A DNA stretch of 63,877 nucleotides, counting the filler, from Saprolegnia diclina VS20 (Eukaryota): assembly GCF_000281045.1 (NCBI RefSeq). It is 7 parts of 2 records of this genome, joined end to end, with 100 filler letters (N's around TTAATTAATTAA, not from the genome) between each part and the next. Parts side by side here need not be neighbours in the genome. Positions count along the whole stretch, not along the records: positions 19,091 to 49,544 come from NW_008246109.1; 6 more parts are not named here. One strand, written 5' to 3'. Position numbers and translations under genes: made by a program. Shown in pieces: positions 24,295 to 36,615 of the stretch. The notes below the pieces were generated by a model, which was given only the letters and a program-made list of their open reading frames with translations, was not told the DNA's origin and did not search any database. Each line of letters starts with the position of its first letter. Position 1 is the stretch's first letter.

Positions 24295-25343
24295 TTACTT
24301 TGGCTGACTGCTGTCCTCGTCCTCGTCCATGGGGCCGACGACCGCAAGGATCTGCGTCTGGAGCACCGCCGCTTCGTCGTCGCGACCCGCAGCCCGGAGC
24401 GCCTCGGCCCAGTTGTGCATGGCCGTGATCGTTTCCATGTGCTCCAAGCCCAGCTTGGCCTCGCGGATCTCGGTCGTGGCTTGGAAGAGTGCAATGGCCT
24501 CGTCGAGCTTCCCGAGCTCCTTGTAGACGATGCCAACGTTGTTCATTGCAAGCGCCGTCAGCGTCGAGTCGCGCCCGAGCTTGGCTTGTAGCCGCTCCAT
24601 GGCCTCGACGACCATCTCTTCGCCCTTCTCCTTCTTGTGCGTGTGCCACAGCAGCATGCCCACGTTGGACATGCCAATCGCAATGTCCGGGTGGTCGTTC
24701 GCGAGGTTTTCCTTGCGAATACGCAGCGATTCTAGAGACACGATTGGGAAATCACCGAGGATCGAAGCGAGTACCTTGGAAGCAGTCGAGCGCGTTGTCG
24801 AGGGCCTCGACCTTTTGCATGCCCGAAAGCACATGCGACTGGAGGCGGTAGACGCCGCCGAGGTTGTGCAAGGTCGTCGCGAACGACGCATGGCCTTCGC
24901 CGACGCACTCCTTGTAGACGCGGAGGGCCTCTTCGTACGTCGCGATCGCGTCCGTGAGCTGGCTCAGGTTCTTCTGCATGAGCGCAATGTTGTTGAGCGT
25001 GCTCGCGTACACCGGGTGGTCGGTGCCAAAGTGGTCCTTGACCGTATCCCGGCAGAGGAGCGCCATGTCCAGCGCCGCCTCAAAGTCGCCTTGGCTAAAG
25101 CATGTCTTAGTCGCCTCGCGGAAGCAAGCATGCAACGTACGTGTAGAACTCGCGGACCTTTTGCTGCATGCCAGCAATGTTGGACTCGGTGTCGGCAAAG
25201 TGCGCCCGGCCGGGCGTCGACGTCACGGGCACGTGGAGCTTGGACGAGAAGGCGCGCGCAGGTATCAGCGCCGGGCGGCGCGTCGCGTGGAAGAGCGGTA
25301 CCACGGCGATTGCCGAGCGTCGCACGAGTCGGGCCAAGACCAT
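24295..25343 (-). CDS. TPR protein (kinesin-light-chain-type TPR_12 repeats) with putative mitochondrial presequence
   Basis: HFGTDHPVYASTLNNIA, GEGHASFATTLHNLG, NDHPDIAIGMSNVG, LGLEHMETITAMHNWA; Arg-rich N-terminus ending RAFSS; two introns. Confidence 0.85.
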
Positions 25344-25723
25344 TGGATCAATCAATGCAGGACCACGCCGAATTCCACCAGCGTCGACCGATTTTCACCT
25401 TAAAATTCGGATGCTTTGTATTGCTTTCGGGTGCTTCAAATATTATTTAACAGCTGGACGTTGAAGTTGCCGGGAACGGCATGGTCGCATGCTGCATGGA
25501 GTGCAAGGGTCAAAGACGGTGCATACAAGTACACGAGATGGCGAGGTGATTCGCGAGAACCCGCCTGTCGCGAGAACCCGCCTATATGCATGCTACGCCC
25601 AAGCGAACTTGCCAGAGCCTGTCGCGCTCGCAGTGGCTATTTGCAAGACGGAGACCCAGGACCGTGATCTGAGGTCTGCCGCATGAGCACACGATGTATA
25701 AACAATTCACATGCATAGCAGCA

Positions 25724-26636
25724 CTAGACATGGATAAGAAGCCGTGTCGTTTCGCGGGCCGACTGCGGCGTCGAGGGCAGTGTCCGCAGCGAGTAGACCT
25801 ATCGCCATGGCATGGGTAGGATGCAACAGGATGGACATCGTACGAGGTAGTTGCCGATGGGCAAGAGCCATGGGAGGAAGATGGCGTAGAGGCTAAACGC
25901 CCCGTCGTCGGTGGCCGTAGAAAGCCACATGACGAGCGGAAGCACGGGGAGGAAGAGGCAAATGACGCTGCACGTGACGCGCAAAATAGCTCGAAAGTCC
26001 TTTTCTTCGTCCTCGAGCGCGCGCGGCTAGCATCCGATAAGCCATGAAATATGCGCCTGCGACGTACGAGGAAGACGGCGATCGCTACGAGGAAGGCCCA
26101 CGTCGGAAGAAACACGAGTGGCCACGACCAGGGCAGGATGGCGTCGGCGTGGAGGCCAAGGGCAATGGCTTGCACGCCGAGGATGGCTTGCCACTGCATC
26201 GTCACGAGGAGGTAGAGTGTCCAGCCGTAGCACGGCAGCAGCACCATGCTGCAGAAAGACCAACTCACTGCGCCGCCGACGCGAAGCGTGAGCAAAAGAT
26301 GGAAGAGGAAGAAGCAAAAGTAGGCTGCGAACGCCGTGTCGCCTTGTTTCGCGACCTCCAAGCAGCTCGTCGTTTCATGCGCGCAGCGGTACCGGTAGTG
26401 GCGCACGTAAAAGGCGCAGAGCGGCAGCGAGAGCCACAGCCATGTCGTGTCCATCTCGCCCGAGTGCCATATAATGTGCTCTTGGACCTTGATGGCCATC
26501 ATGACGCCTAGCCAGATTGAGGGCATGACAAGGAGGAGGAGGACGTACTTGTCAGCATTGCGAGCAGCAGCGAGGATGTGTGGCGCTCCACATCGCAGGC
26601 CGTGGTCCACACGCGCTTGGCAATGGAGCTGGCCAT
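25724..26636 (-). CDS. Multi-pass membrane protein, TMEM185/Fragile-X-F-like
   Basis: Repeated L..D...W.W..VFLP.W motif (LRVGGAVSWSF, LHADAILPWSWPLVFLPTW, FSLYAIFLPW); three short introns. Confidence 0.65.
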
Positions 26637-27175
26637 GGGCAGATAGAGAGGTTCGTTGAAAAATGACGTCCGTGGCTAGAACCAGCGAGTAGCTTTGCAA
26701 TTATTTTATTGACACGCAAATTTAAAGAATAAAATAAGTTCTGGGTCGGCCATAGCCACGCAGAGACGCGCTCAACGTTGGCTGTCGCAGCTCTAGTCAC
26801 AAGAAAGGAAGAGACAGCAGCCATTTGCTGCCACGAGTCTTCGCAATGTAAACGTCCGCAACGGCTCCGAAAGCTCCGAAAGCTCCGAGGTTTTGGCACA
26901 CGAGACAGGCGACAGAGCCTTGGATGATGGGGCAAGGGCGGGCTCACTCAATGATGACTCGAGTATCCGCATGATCAGCTTCAACGTCGCGGAGCTTGAT
27001 TCACTTCGGGTACACGGTGCTGCCATGCGGTGATGTGGCTCTGGCGATCTGGTTCTGCGAAATGCATCGGGCGTAGTTTGGTTGCTTCTCCAACGGCGGC
27101 CCCTCGGGACGCTATAGCAGTGGGGACACGGTCCATATTGCACTATACATAATGACCTCCGCCAATATCTACTCT

Positions 27176-30100
27176 CTACATTGCGTCGAGTTCGCCGAGC
27201 TCCATCTCAAAGTCGCAATCGCTCAGCGACGACGCGTGGTTGAAGCGCGCGTCGCTGACAAGAGGCATCATGCCGCTCGCCTCCATGTCGATGCGATGCA
27301 GGTCGTCGTCGTCGCCGTCTTCGTCGTCGTCGTCGTCTTCCTCAAAGTCATCTTCGTCGACGCCAAAGTCCATTGCAAATGCTCCAGGCACGGCCGCCGC
27401 GACGGGCTCGGCCTTGACCGAGAAGAGCGCGGCGGTCGGCGCCGGTGTCGGCAGCGCACCGGATGTCGGAGCGGGCCGCTTGACGAGCACGGCGCCAAGT
27501 GCCGTCGGACCGTCGTCCGTGAGCGTGTTGCAGCGCTTGGTCGCGGGGCACTTCTTGTAGCAGTGAAACTAGTCGATACATGAGCTCCAGTGCAAGTTCA
27601 AAACGACGTCACGCTACCTTGCGTCGGCAGACCGTGGACCGGTTCTTTCCGCAGCAGCACATTTCCTTGCAGACCGGGCAACCGCCAATGAACGTCTGTG
27701 CGCCGTGCTCTTCGACCATCTTCTCGGCGCATCTACACAATCCACGCATAAGTCGACGTACCCACTTGACACATTGATACTTTTGGCAAAAAATGTGCGG
27801 GCACGTGAGGCAGCGCACGTTCTTCTTGCGGAGATTGCCACATCGATGGCAACTCGCGCGGTGGCGCACGGTCCCGTCGGCGTCCGTCGTGAGATCGCTC
27901 GGAAGCGCCTCCTTGTTGTGCAGCAGCGCGCTCGACTCGGCGGGCTCCGAGTCGTACACGGGCTCATGGCCGTCGTAAAAGAGAAGCGAGTGGTTCGCGG
28001 ACGTCTGGAGCGTCCCGACACCGCCGATGGTCGGCGTGGGCAGCGCCGACGTTGTCGCCGACGAGGACGACTCGGAGCTCGGGTCCTCCTCCTTGAAGCT
28101 CGAAAAGAGCGACGAGCTTTCGACCATATCGATGATCCCAAACGCATCGTCGAGCTCGAGCGCGCCGTTCATATTGAGCCCGAGCTCGTTGCCCGAGAAG
28201 AACGTGTTGTTCATCATGTCGGGCGGCAGACCCCACATCGACGAGATCGCAGAGTCCTGTGCCTCCTCGTCGTCGTCCGGCGCCCATTGCAGCATGTCGT
28301 CAAGGGACGCGACCGGCATCGAAGGCGGCTTCTGGACCGCAGCGGGCGCCGATTGCTGTTTGGCCTTCTTCTTCATGAGCGCTTCCTTTGCCTTGGCGAG
28401 CGAGTTGTCGAGCGGCGTGAGCGCCGGCTTGCGTGGCGGCCCCGAGAGTGCCGTCGAGGGCACGGGCACGTGGGCGCAAATGCAGTGGCGCTTGACGCAG
28501 TTGCGGCACTGGACGCACTTCTTGAGATGGCACTTGCACACCTTCTTGTCCTTCTTCCCAATCAAAAACGAGTTGAGCGGCAGCATGAGCGGCGTCGCCT
28601 TGACGTCCTTCTTCGTGAGTGTTTTGGGCGGCGCCTTCGGATCCTTTGTGCCAAGCAGCAGCTGGAGCGAGTCGAGCATGTCCTTGATGTCGGGCATGTC
28701 CCGCAGCCGAAGAAGCGGCACGAGTTGCCCGAGGCCCAGCGTCTCAAACACTGTGATTGGCTCGCATTTCGTGAGCCGCTGTACGTAGAGCTGCAGCGCC
28801 GGCACCATCCAGTAGCGGACAATATCCGGCGACGTGAGCGCGTCAAACTGCGACGCCATCGTCACGAGCGGCCACGCGCCGAGCTGCAGCTGGCACGTGT
28901 TGAGCATGGCTAGTCGACACAATTCTGTAAAATCCTGTAAAAATGACGAAAAAAATCAGAAAAAAAACATACCCGACTTGCGACCGAGGCGCTCTTCAAA
29001 GTCGAGCGCTTGCATCTGCGCGTGGAGGTGGTACCCGTGCAGAAAGTAGCTCGTGAGAAAGACGGCGGTTGATGGCTTGTCTTGGCCACTCGGCTTGGGC
29101 ACATAGAGCGCGTACATCCAACCGGACGGAATGAGGAGCGTCGACGTGGGCTGCACCTCGCACTTGATGCACTTGTCGACCGTGTCGGCAAAGAAGAGCG
29201 AGCTCGAGAACGACGAGAGCTGCCACTCCATAAACTTGTCAAAGCGCGCGGCTAACGGCGGGACCAGGTACACCCAGAGCGGCAGCCCGTGCAGGTGGTG
29301 CAGCCACGCCGAGCTCCCGTTCGCATTCATACGAAAGTCGCGGTACGTGCCCGCGCCGTACACGGCAGCGTACGTGTTGGGGTTGCGCGTCGACGACGAC
29401 CGGTTGAGCTGGTGGAACCAGTCCATGTCCTGGACGGCTACACGCACAATTGCATGCGATGGATGCAGGATTGATGGCGTGTACCTTGCGGCGGCGACAC
29501 GTGGTACTCGAGCGGCGTGTCGACGATAGGAAACTCGATGTTGTGCGGCCACTCGTCCAGCGACTGGTTGGACGAGGTGAGCGACGCTACCTCGGCGTAC
29601 GAGACCGCTCGGTACTCTTGCGACGCAGTGTCGATCGCCTTGATGATGCTAGAGGAAGCTATAGTCGTATGAGCCATCATGATGAGCGGCTGCGTGGACG
29701 GGTTACCAATGGTGTTGGGCAAGTCGTCGACCTGTAGCATGGTCGAGGGCACGACGAGGCCAGGCACGTTGCCGACTGCATCCTCGACTAGGATCGGCTC
29801 CTGGAAGCCATGGCTCTGGATGGCCGTGATCACGAGACTCTAAGCCCGTGATAAGTGATGTGATGATGGAGAAGCGATGCGTACCGACGGCGCCATGCGG
29901 CGGATGCCGGACCGAGCAAACATGCCTGCATGGAGAAGGTGATGGAACTTCTCGCTCGTCTTGTCGACGGCAATGGATGCGTTCATCGTTGAGAGCTCCT
30001 TCATGTTGAGCGAGGCAAACTGGCGCGGCAGCGGCAAGAGCGACGCATCGGCCGTCTTCATGGGAGCGGCTGCAACTGCAAAAATGCAGACGTTGAGGAG

Positions 30101-30402
30101 ACGCTAGTCAGATAAGATTGGGACGTACACTTGATCTTGGCGCCTTGGTTCGTGCACGACGGGCACGCGTACTGGGCGATCGCAAACGCCTTCTCTTCCG
30201 TCATCTGCACGCAGTTGCCGTGGAACCATCGGTCGCAGTGGGCGCACTCGATCATGAAGCGCTTCGGGTCGTAGCCTTGGCGGCAGATGCACAGCGCAAG
30301 CGTCCCGCCGTCCATGGTGGCGGCCTCGTTGTTACTGCTGCTCTCGGCAGCCTTGGCCTTGGCGTCCGGCCCGAGGCCATGTCCATAGGCCGCCGTCGTC
30401 AT
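27176..30402 (-). CDS. PHD finger + degenerate KDM7/PHF8-type JmjC + Cys-rich cluster + zf-4CXXC_R1-like zinc finger chromatin protein, multi-exon
   Basis: PHD LCICRQGYDPKRFMIECAHCDRWFHGNCV...YACPSC; JmjC-like GFQEPILV, DMDW, TYRDFRMNANGSSAWLH, TLLIPSGWMYAL, YFLHGYHLHAQM; C-terminal SCHRC..CLTC..FCQKC..CPVCKEMCCC. Confidence 0.85.
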
Positions 30403-30675
30403 TGCTTGCGTGGATGGCTTTGATAAAAACACGCAATATTTCCGCCCTTTTTATATCGCCCGTCGCATAGGAAAGACAAGTCATTTTAAATGAGATCGCG
30501 GCAGAGACAGGGGTTCAGCGAGACGCGTTCAAGTCCGTTCAACGCGTTAAACCTATTTAACGCAGGACCAAGCCGGCATGTTGAAGTTAGATGGCATCGC
30601 GAGCGATCCCGTACCCTTGGCGACACTAGGTCGCTGGATCATCTCGAGTGTGCTACATTGCAGGAGCGACATGGG

Positions 30676-31060
30676 GCGTGGGCATCGACGACTGGCTGCA
30701 TCGACCTGCCCCAGGTGCTCATCGCCGTCGTTCAGTGCACGGCTTCGAAATGCGACGTCGTCGCCTTCCTCTCGGCCATGCCGCAGGCAGTCCTCACGCC
30801 ATCGCTGGCGGCGCTACTGCAACCACAGTGGACGCGAAGCATGCTTCGATGACCTTGGCGGCCTCAACCGAGCCGGCGTGCGCGGCATCGACTTTGGTTG
30901 TCAACTCACCGCGAGCAAAGTTTCCGCCCTGGCCACGGCCGTCCGTTGCCTGCAGAGCACAGTGCTGCACTAGCGATAATACTTCGCAATTCGTCCCGAC
31001 AAGAAGAAGGAGCTTCAACAAGCCCTCGCCGAGTGCCTCAACCTCACGATCACCGCCAAA
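30676..31060 (+). pseudogene. Fragment of a saprolegnian F-box-like/RNI-LRR family gene
   Basis: CIDLPQVLIAVVQC...DVVAFLSAMPQAVLTPSLAALLQ resembles the N-terminus of the neighbouring family; the frame breaks soon after. Confidence 0.4.
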
Positions 31061-31782
31061 AATCGCCCCGCCTTGTGTAGCCCCGTGCGACCGGCTGCGA
31101 CGTAGAGTACCTCCTACTTGTGTGTTTGTGCTTATGCGTTCATACGGTGACTTTGATTATTCAAGACACTCGAGCCACGACACAGTTTGTATGTGCGGCC
31201 AAGTGACTGCGAATCCCGTGGAGCATGCTCGAGGACAATACGTGCTACTGCTAGAGAACTTGATTGAGCGCATGAAAATCTCTTTACGAAGCCTTTATCC
31301 AACGCTCTTGAGCACTTGGGTTCTTGATGTCCTGTCGATCGACAGGGTTGGAGGCAGCAACCTGCGTTTCCTAGCCGCAACACGTATCTACTATATACTA
31401 GAATGAATGAATCCCTTCTTTGGGGGAAAGTTGGCCGAGTCGTGAAGCAGCAGCGTCGACGATAAATTGCATGGGAAGCCTCTCCAAGAACCCACACCTC
31501 TCCGGCATGTTCACCGTCGTTTTCTAAACCACATTTTTGAAATGCCACACAACGAAAGACATCATGTACAAGCTAGTTCATGACAGTCTAGAGACGCAAA
31601 GGTTCATACTAGGGCTCTTGAAAGGTACTACAAGGGAATAATGGCTCACGCATTCAGCCTTGTGTAGCCATTGTAGGCGGTGCCGACCAAGTCCAACCTG
31701 CACAAGAAAATTACTTTTCGCTTTGCACGAAAGACTTGCTGTATTGTGTAGGACGCGCCAAAAAGCTAATATTTGCTCCTGC

Positions 31783-32567
31783 TTACCACGAGATCCGCAA
31801 ACGACAGCGGTCGCTCTGTTTGTGCGGCGCACCAAGAGCATCGACGACGTAGGCGTCGGCGTTGTGTGGAAGATTGCCGCAAAAGAACGGTACCTCATGG
31901 GCCAGCGCCAGTACCCGCAAGACCGCAAGCTCATCGTCGTCTTGCAGCATGGGCACGACGAAGAGCAGTTCGCGGACGTGCCGCCCCGCGGCAATGAGCT
32001 CTGGGAGCACGTAAAAGATGTCTGTCGGCAGCATCGAGGCCATGGGCGACACGTTTAGCCACTTCAAGCGCGGTAGGCGCGGCGCGCCAGCAAGCACCGC
32101 AGATACTGCATTGCAGTTCAATGGGACAGTATCCAAGCGGAGCTTCTCCAGATGCGGGCATGTCGCGACAAGATTTTCCATGAGCAGCGTCGCAAAGTCG
32201 CGCGCACCGATCAAGCTGCGCGAGACGCTAAGGTACTGCAGCGCCGGGACGCAGACTAAACCGGTGAGGAACGAGTCGACGTCATCAGCACGCAACGCAA
32301 CGACGTGGAGCTCGTGCAGTTGACGAAACATCGGCGCCGCTGCGGGGCATCGGACCAATTGCTCAAAGACGTCGCAGCAGAGGTGCTCGAGGTGCGTGTG
32401 TCCGAGTGCCGTCGCAAGGTTCTCGACGGTAACGTCGTCGGCCACAGCGTCAAAGTGATCTGTTACGCCCAACTCGACTCGCTGCAGTGAAGCTGGGAGC
32501 TTCCGGCCATGAAAGCCCAAGAGGTTGACAACGTTGCTGACAGTGAGCTCTTGGAGAGTTGTGCTGG
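31783..32567 (-). CDS. RNI-like leucine-rich repeat protein, C-terminal part (5' part in N gap 32568-33297)
   Basis: LxxLxLxx repeats (LQELTV, LEHLCC, LHELHV, LQYLSV, CPHLEKLRL, LPRLKWLNV). Confidence 0.75.
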
Positions 32568-33399
32568 NNNNNNNNNNNNNNNNNNNNNNNNNNNNNNNNN
32601 NNNNNNNNNNNNNNNNNNNNNNNNNNNNNNNNNNNNNNNNNNNNNNNNNNNNNNNNNNNNNNNNNNNNNNNNNNNNNNNNNNNNNNNNNNNNNNNNNNNN
32701 NNNNNNNNNNNNNNNNNNNNNNNNNNNNNNNNNNNNNNNNNNNNNNNNNNNNNNNNNNNNNNNNNNNNNNNNNNNNNNNNNNNNNNNNNNNNNNNNNNNN
32801 NNNNNNNNNNNNNNNNNNNNNNNNNNNNNNNNNNNNNNNNNNNNNNNNNNNNNNNNNNNNNNNNNNNNNNNNNNNNNNNNNNNNNNNNNNNNNNNNNNNN
32901 NNNNNNNNNNNNNNNNNNNNNNNNNNNNNNNNNNNNNNNNNNNNNNNNNNNNNNNNNNNNNNNNNNNNNNNNNNNNNNNNNNNNNNNNNNNNNNNNNNNN
33001 NNNNNNNNNNNNNNNNNNNNNNNNNNNNNNNNNNNNNNNNNNNNNNNNNNNNNNNNNNNNNNNNNNNNNNNNNNNNNNNNNNNNNNNNNNNNNNNNNNNN
33101 NNNNNNNNNNNNNNNNNNNNNNNNNNNNNNNNNNNNNNNNNNNNNNNNNNNNNNNNNNNNNNNNNNNNNNNNNNNNNNNNNNNNNNNNNNNNNNNNNNNN
33201 NNNNNNNNNNNNNNNNNNNNNNNNNNNNNNNNNNNNNNNNNNNNNNNNNNNNNNNNNNNNNNNNNNNNNNNNNNNNNNNNNNNNNNNNNNNNNNNNNCAA
33301 CAGAATAGTCCGGGCCGTTTGATTGGCCAAGTCTCTCGTTCAATGAACCAATCAGAGGGCCTATTCAATTTCAAATTTGGAGCTCTTGGAGAGCGACAA

Positions 33400-34225
33400 A
33401 GAGGCTGACGCGCGATTCTCGTCCCATTGATCTTGAGCATCACGAGGCCGCGCAAGTTGGGACAAGGCGTGGCACTCGAACGTTGTGACGTGATTCAGTG
33501 GGCGGTTGTTGACCACAAGGCCAGCGAGAATGGCCGGTGAGCCTGCCAAGCAGAGGCGCGATGGCGTTGGCGATGCGGTCAGTGCGTGCGCGAGGCCGGA
33601 GACGTCACATGGTTCAAAGGAGAAGAGCCGCAAATGCACAGCATGACCAGAGACCAGCCATCGGGCCATGGGAGCGACGATCGCTTTCGAGCCATTAAAT
33701 ACAGTGGACGGTGAGCAACGAAACGCGGTGCCGCTGCGTGGTCACGGCGTCGAGTATGCGAGGATTCCCATCGACGAATACCATTCTGAGGTGGGAGCAC
33801 TGAGAAAGCGTCCGACATGCCTCGTCCCCGTACGTCGAATCTTTGAGGTTGAGCCGCACCACATTGCTCGCCCATCGGGCCACACACGCGCAAAATGGCA
33901 ATGAATATTCGACCGACGGCGCGGTAACCTCGGACCACCTCTCCTATGTGCCTAACGCTGAATTTCGACCGAGTTGAAGGCCGGCATGGCCACCGACAGG
34001 AGAGGGATATCGTCGTCAGCGATCTCGCAGAGGCACGGCCGTGGGCACACTCTGCCGGAGTGTCCGGACCTGAGAAGTAGCAGTAGCGCTGCCAATGACG
34101 GCTCGAGAAGCGACGGTGGAAGCGCGCAGAGGAAGGACGTCGTCGGCCGATGCCAGAAACTGGAGGATGCTGGTGAGCACAGCGATGGGGTCTATCGAGG
34201 ACACAGAGACGAAGCAATTGGCCAT
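33400..34225 (-). pseudogene. Frameshifted N-terminal copy of the same LRR family
   Basis: Three out-of-frame segments (VLTSILQFLASADDVL; WASNVVRLNL...CRTLSQCSHL; WLVSGHAVHLRL...LAHALTAS) separated by stops or frameshifts. Confidence 0.55.
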
Positions 34226-34471
34226 GATTGGGTAAACGTCGAATGACAGATTACAAGACGGTTGCAATTTATCAAGTTCAACAACTCGATAAAAAATCAG
34301 GTATCTTCGTGGATAGGAACACCGATGCGACTCAGGTCGTCAATCTATAGTGTCGACGTCGCTGCAACTTCACAGAATGGGTATATCGTATTCAGGCAAA
34401 CATCCCTCGAACAAGATGGACAACTTGTACAAACACAGTGGAATCTGCACAATACTAGTAGCAATCTTCTC

Positions 34472-35713
34472 TTATGCATTTAGCGTTGTGTAGCCTCGGT
34501 ACGCGTTGGTGACCAAATCAAACTCACATATGGGACCTCCAAGACGCAGTTTCTTGCGGTACTGCACGACAAACTTGTACTGCGTACGCAGTACCCACCA
34601 AATCTACCCATGATCAATCAACCAAATAGGAAAAAACATAAACCACAAACCTCATAATCGCCGAGACACACGGTGCGCGACGTATTGCCCTGATAGAAAA
34701 GCGGCAGAGTTGTTGTGCGGTAGCCACTTGGGAGCTCTGCAAAGAGGCGCGTTTGAGCCAAGATCGTTTCGTCGTCTAGGATCAAGTATGCAACGAAACT
34801 CAAAAACTTTGCGAAATACCGGGTTTGTGGAGCTCGAGAAACGTGCCGCAGTGGTTGTCCAGCGCAAAGACGCCCATGCACTGCATGATACACGCTGTTT
34901 GCATGTAGGCGACCGAGACGCAGTGGGGCTTGACGCGGCCATCGAACGTGTAGCACGACGAGAGAGCATTCACCGACCCGTTGTTGTCCCAGCAGGCAGG
35001 AAAGCTCTGGCTCGCACTCGATTCGATCGCAAAATCCAAGTCGACGCTACCGATAATACGACATGATTTTAGCAGCATCACCAAGGGCGACTCCATTTAC
35101 CAGGTCGAAGTGTAGTCGATCGTAAATGAGAGGGTCCCATCGGCAGCGTGCACGGTTGTGTTGCGGTACACCTTGCCTGCAGCGTCCACGAGGCAGTCGG
35201 GATCAAAAATAGATGGAAAATCGCCAATTCGACTAGATTGCTAGAGTAATTGACTGACATATTGGACATAGTAGCGTACCTCACACGGGCGGCCATCGGA
35301 GCGCCGTACTCGTCCAGCAGCGACGCCACGCCGTTGGCGTTGATGTTGGAACCTGGCACCACGTACGCCTAGAGAGCGAGTTTAGCTTCCGCGCGTATTG
35401 GAAGGATGCATACGGGAGTCCCAAACTGATCTTGGCAGCAGCCTGGCCCCGACGAGCTGCACGGATCGACGAGAAGACTGACCGTATATTGAGGACTCGC
35501 CTTGTCGTCGATGACGTTGTACTCATAGTAATCGAGGTTGATGGATGGCGTCGCAATGTCGGTGGCTTGGTCGGCCTGCAAGTCGATCTGCGCCGTCGTG
35601 TACTCCAAGGCTTCGATGCTCGAGCTTTCGTTCGGGTACGGCACGACTGTCGTCGTCGCGGCTCTTGCCGTCGCTGAGAGCGCAGCGAGCCATGCAGCAA
35701 CGTAGCGCCCCAT
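34472..35713 (-). CDS. Secreted Cys-rich hypothetical protein, multi-exon
   Basis: Signal peptide MGRYVAAWLAALSATARA; exons with DPCSSSGPGCC, PACWDNNGS, HCGTFLELH, CLGDYE/IWWVLRT; stop at 34472. Confidence 0.6.
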
Positions 35714-35827
35714 CAAGATCCAAACACGATCGCCTTTCTGGCGTGACTCCAAACACGCAACTTTGAAACATCCACGTGCAGGATTCAACGTGCTGCAATA
35801 AAAGAAGTCAAATACGTGTTGGGCTGC

Positions 35828-36615
35828 TTACCACGAGATCCGCAAACGACAACGGTCGCTCTGTTTGTTGTTGTGCGCACCAAGGGCATCGACGACATAG
35901 GCGTCGGCGTTGGGCGGGAGTTTCTCACAAATGAACGGCACCTCACGGACCAGCGCCAGTGCCTGCAAGACTGCAAGCTCATCGTCGTCTTGCAGCATGG
36001 GCACGAAGAAGAGCAGGTCGCGGACGTGCCGCCCCGCGGCAATGAGCCCCGAGAGCACGTAAAAAATGTCTGTCGGCAACATCGAGGGCGTGGGCGTCAC
36101 ATTCAGCCATTTCAAGCGCGGAAGGCGCGGCACGCCCGCAAGCACCGCAGCAACCCCACTCCGGTCCAATGGGACGGAAGCGAAGCGGAGATTCTCCAGT
36201 CGTGGGCATGTCGTGATGAGGGTTTCCATGACCAGCGTCGCAAAGTCGCGCGAGCCGATCGCGCTCTGTACGACGCTAAGGGACTGTAGCACCGGGAGAT
36301 ACGATAAACCGTTGATGAACGCGTCGACGTCGTCCGCTCGCAACTCAACTACTTGGAGCTCTTGCAGTTGACGAAACATCGGCGCCGCTGCGGGGCATCG
36401 GACCAATTGCATAAAGATGTTGCAGCCGAGGTGTTTGAGGTGCGTGTGTCCGAGTGCCGTCGCAAGGTTCTCGATCGTAACGTCGTCGGCCATAGCGTCA
36501 AAAGGTATGTCAAGACAGACCTCGACTCGCTGCAGTGAAGCTGGGAGCTTCCGGCCATGAAAGCCCAAGAGGTTGACAACGTTGCTGACAGTGAGCTCTT
36601 GGAGAGTTGTGCTGG
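35828..36615 (-). CDS. RNI-like LRR protein paralogue, C-terminal part (5' part in N gap 36616-37350)
   Basis: Clearly paralogous to 31783-32567; same C-terminus DRCRLRISW. Confidence 0.75.

Noticed and set aside
32568..33297. ORFs spanning long N runs (also 36616-37350, 57049-57918, 61172-61687)
   Set aside because: Length is an artefact of translating Ns
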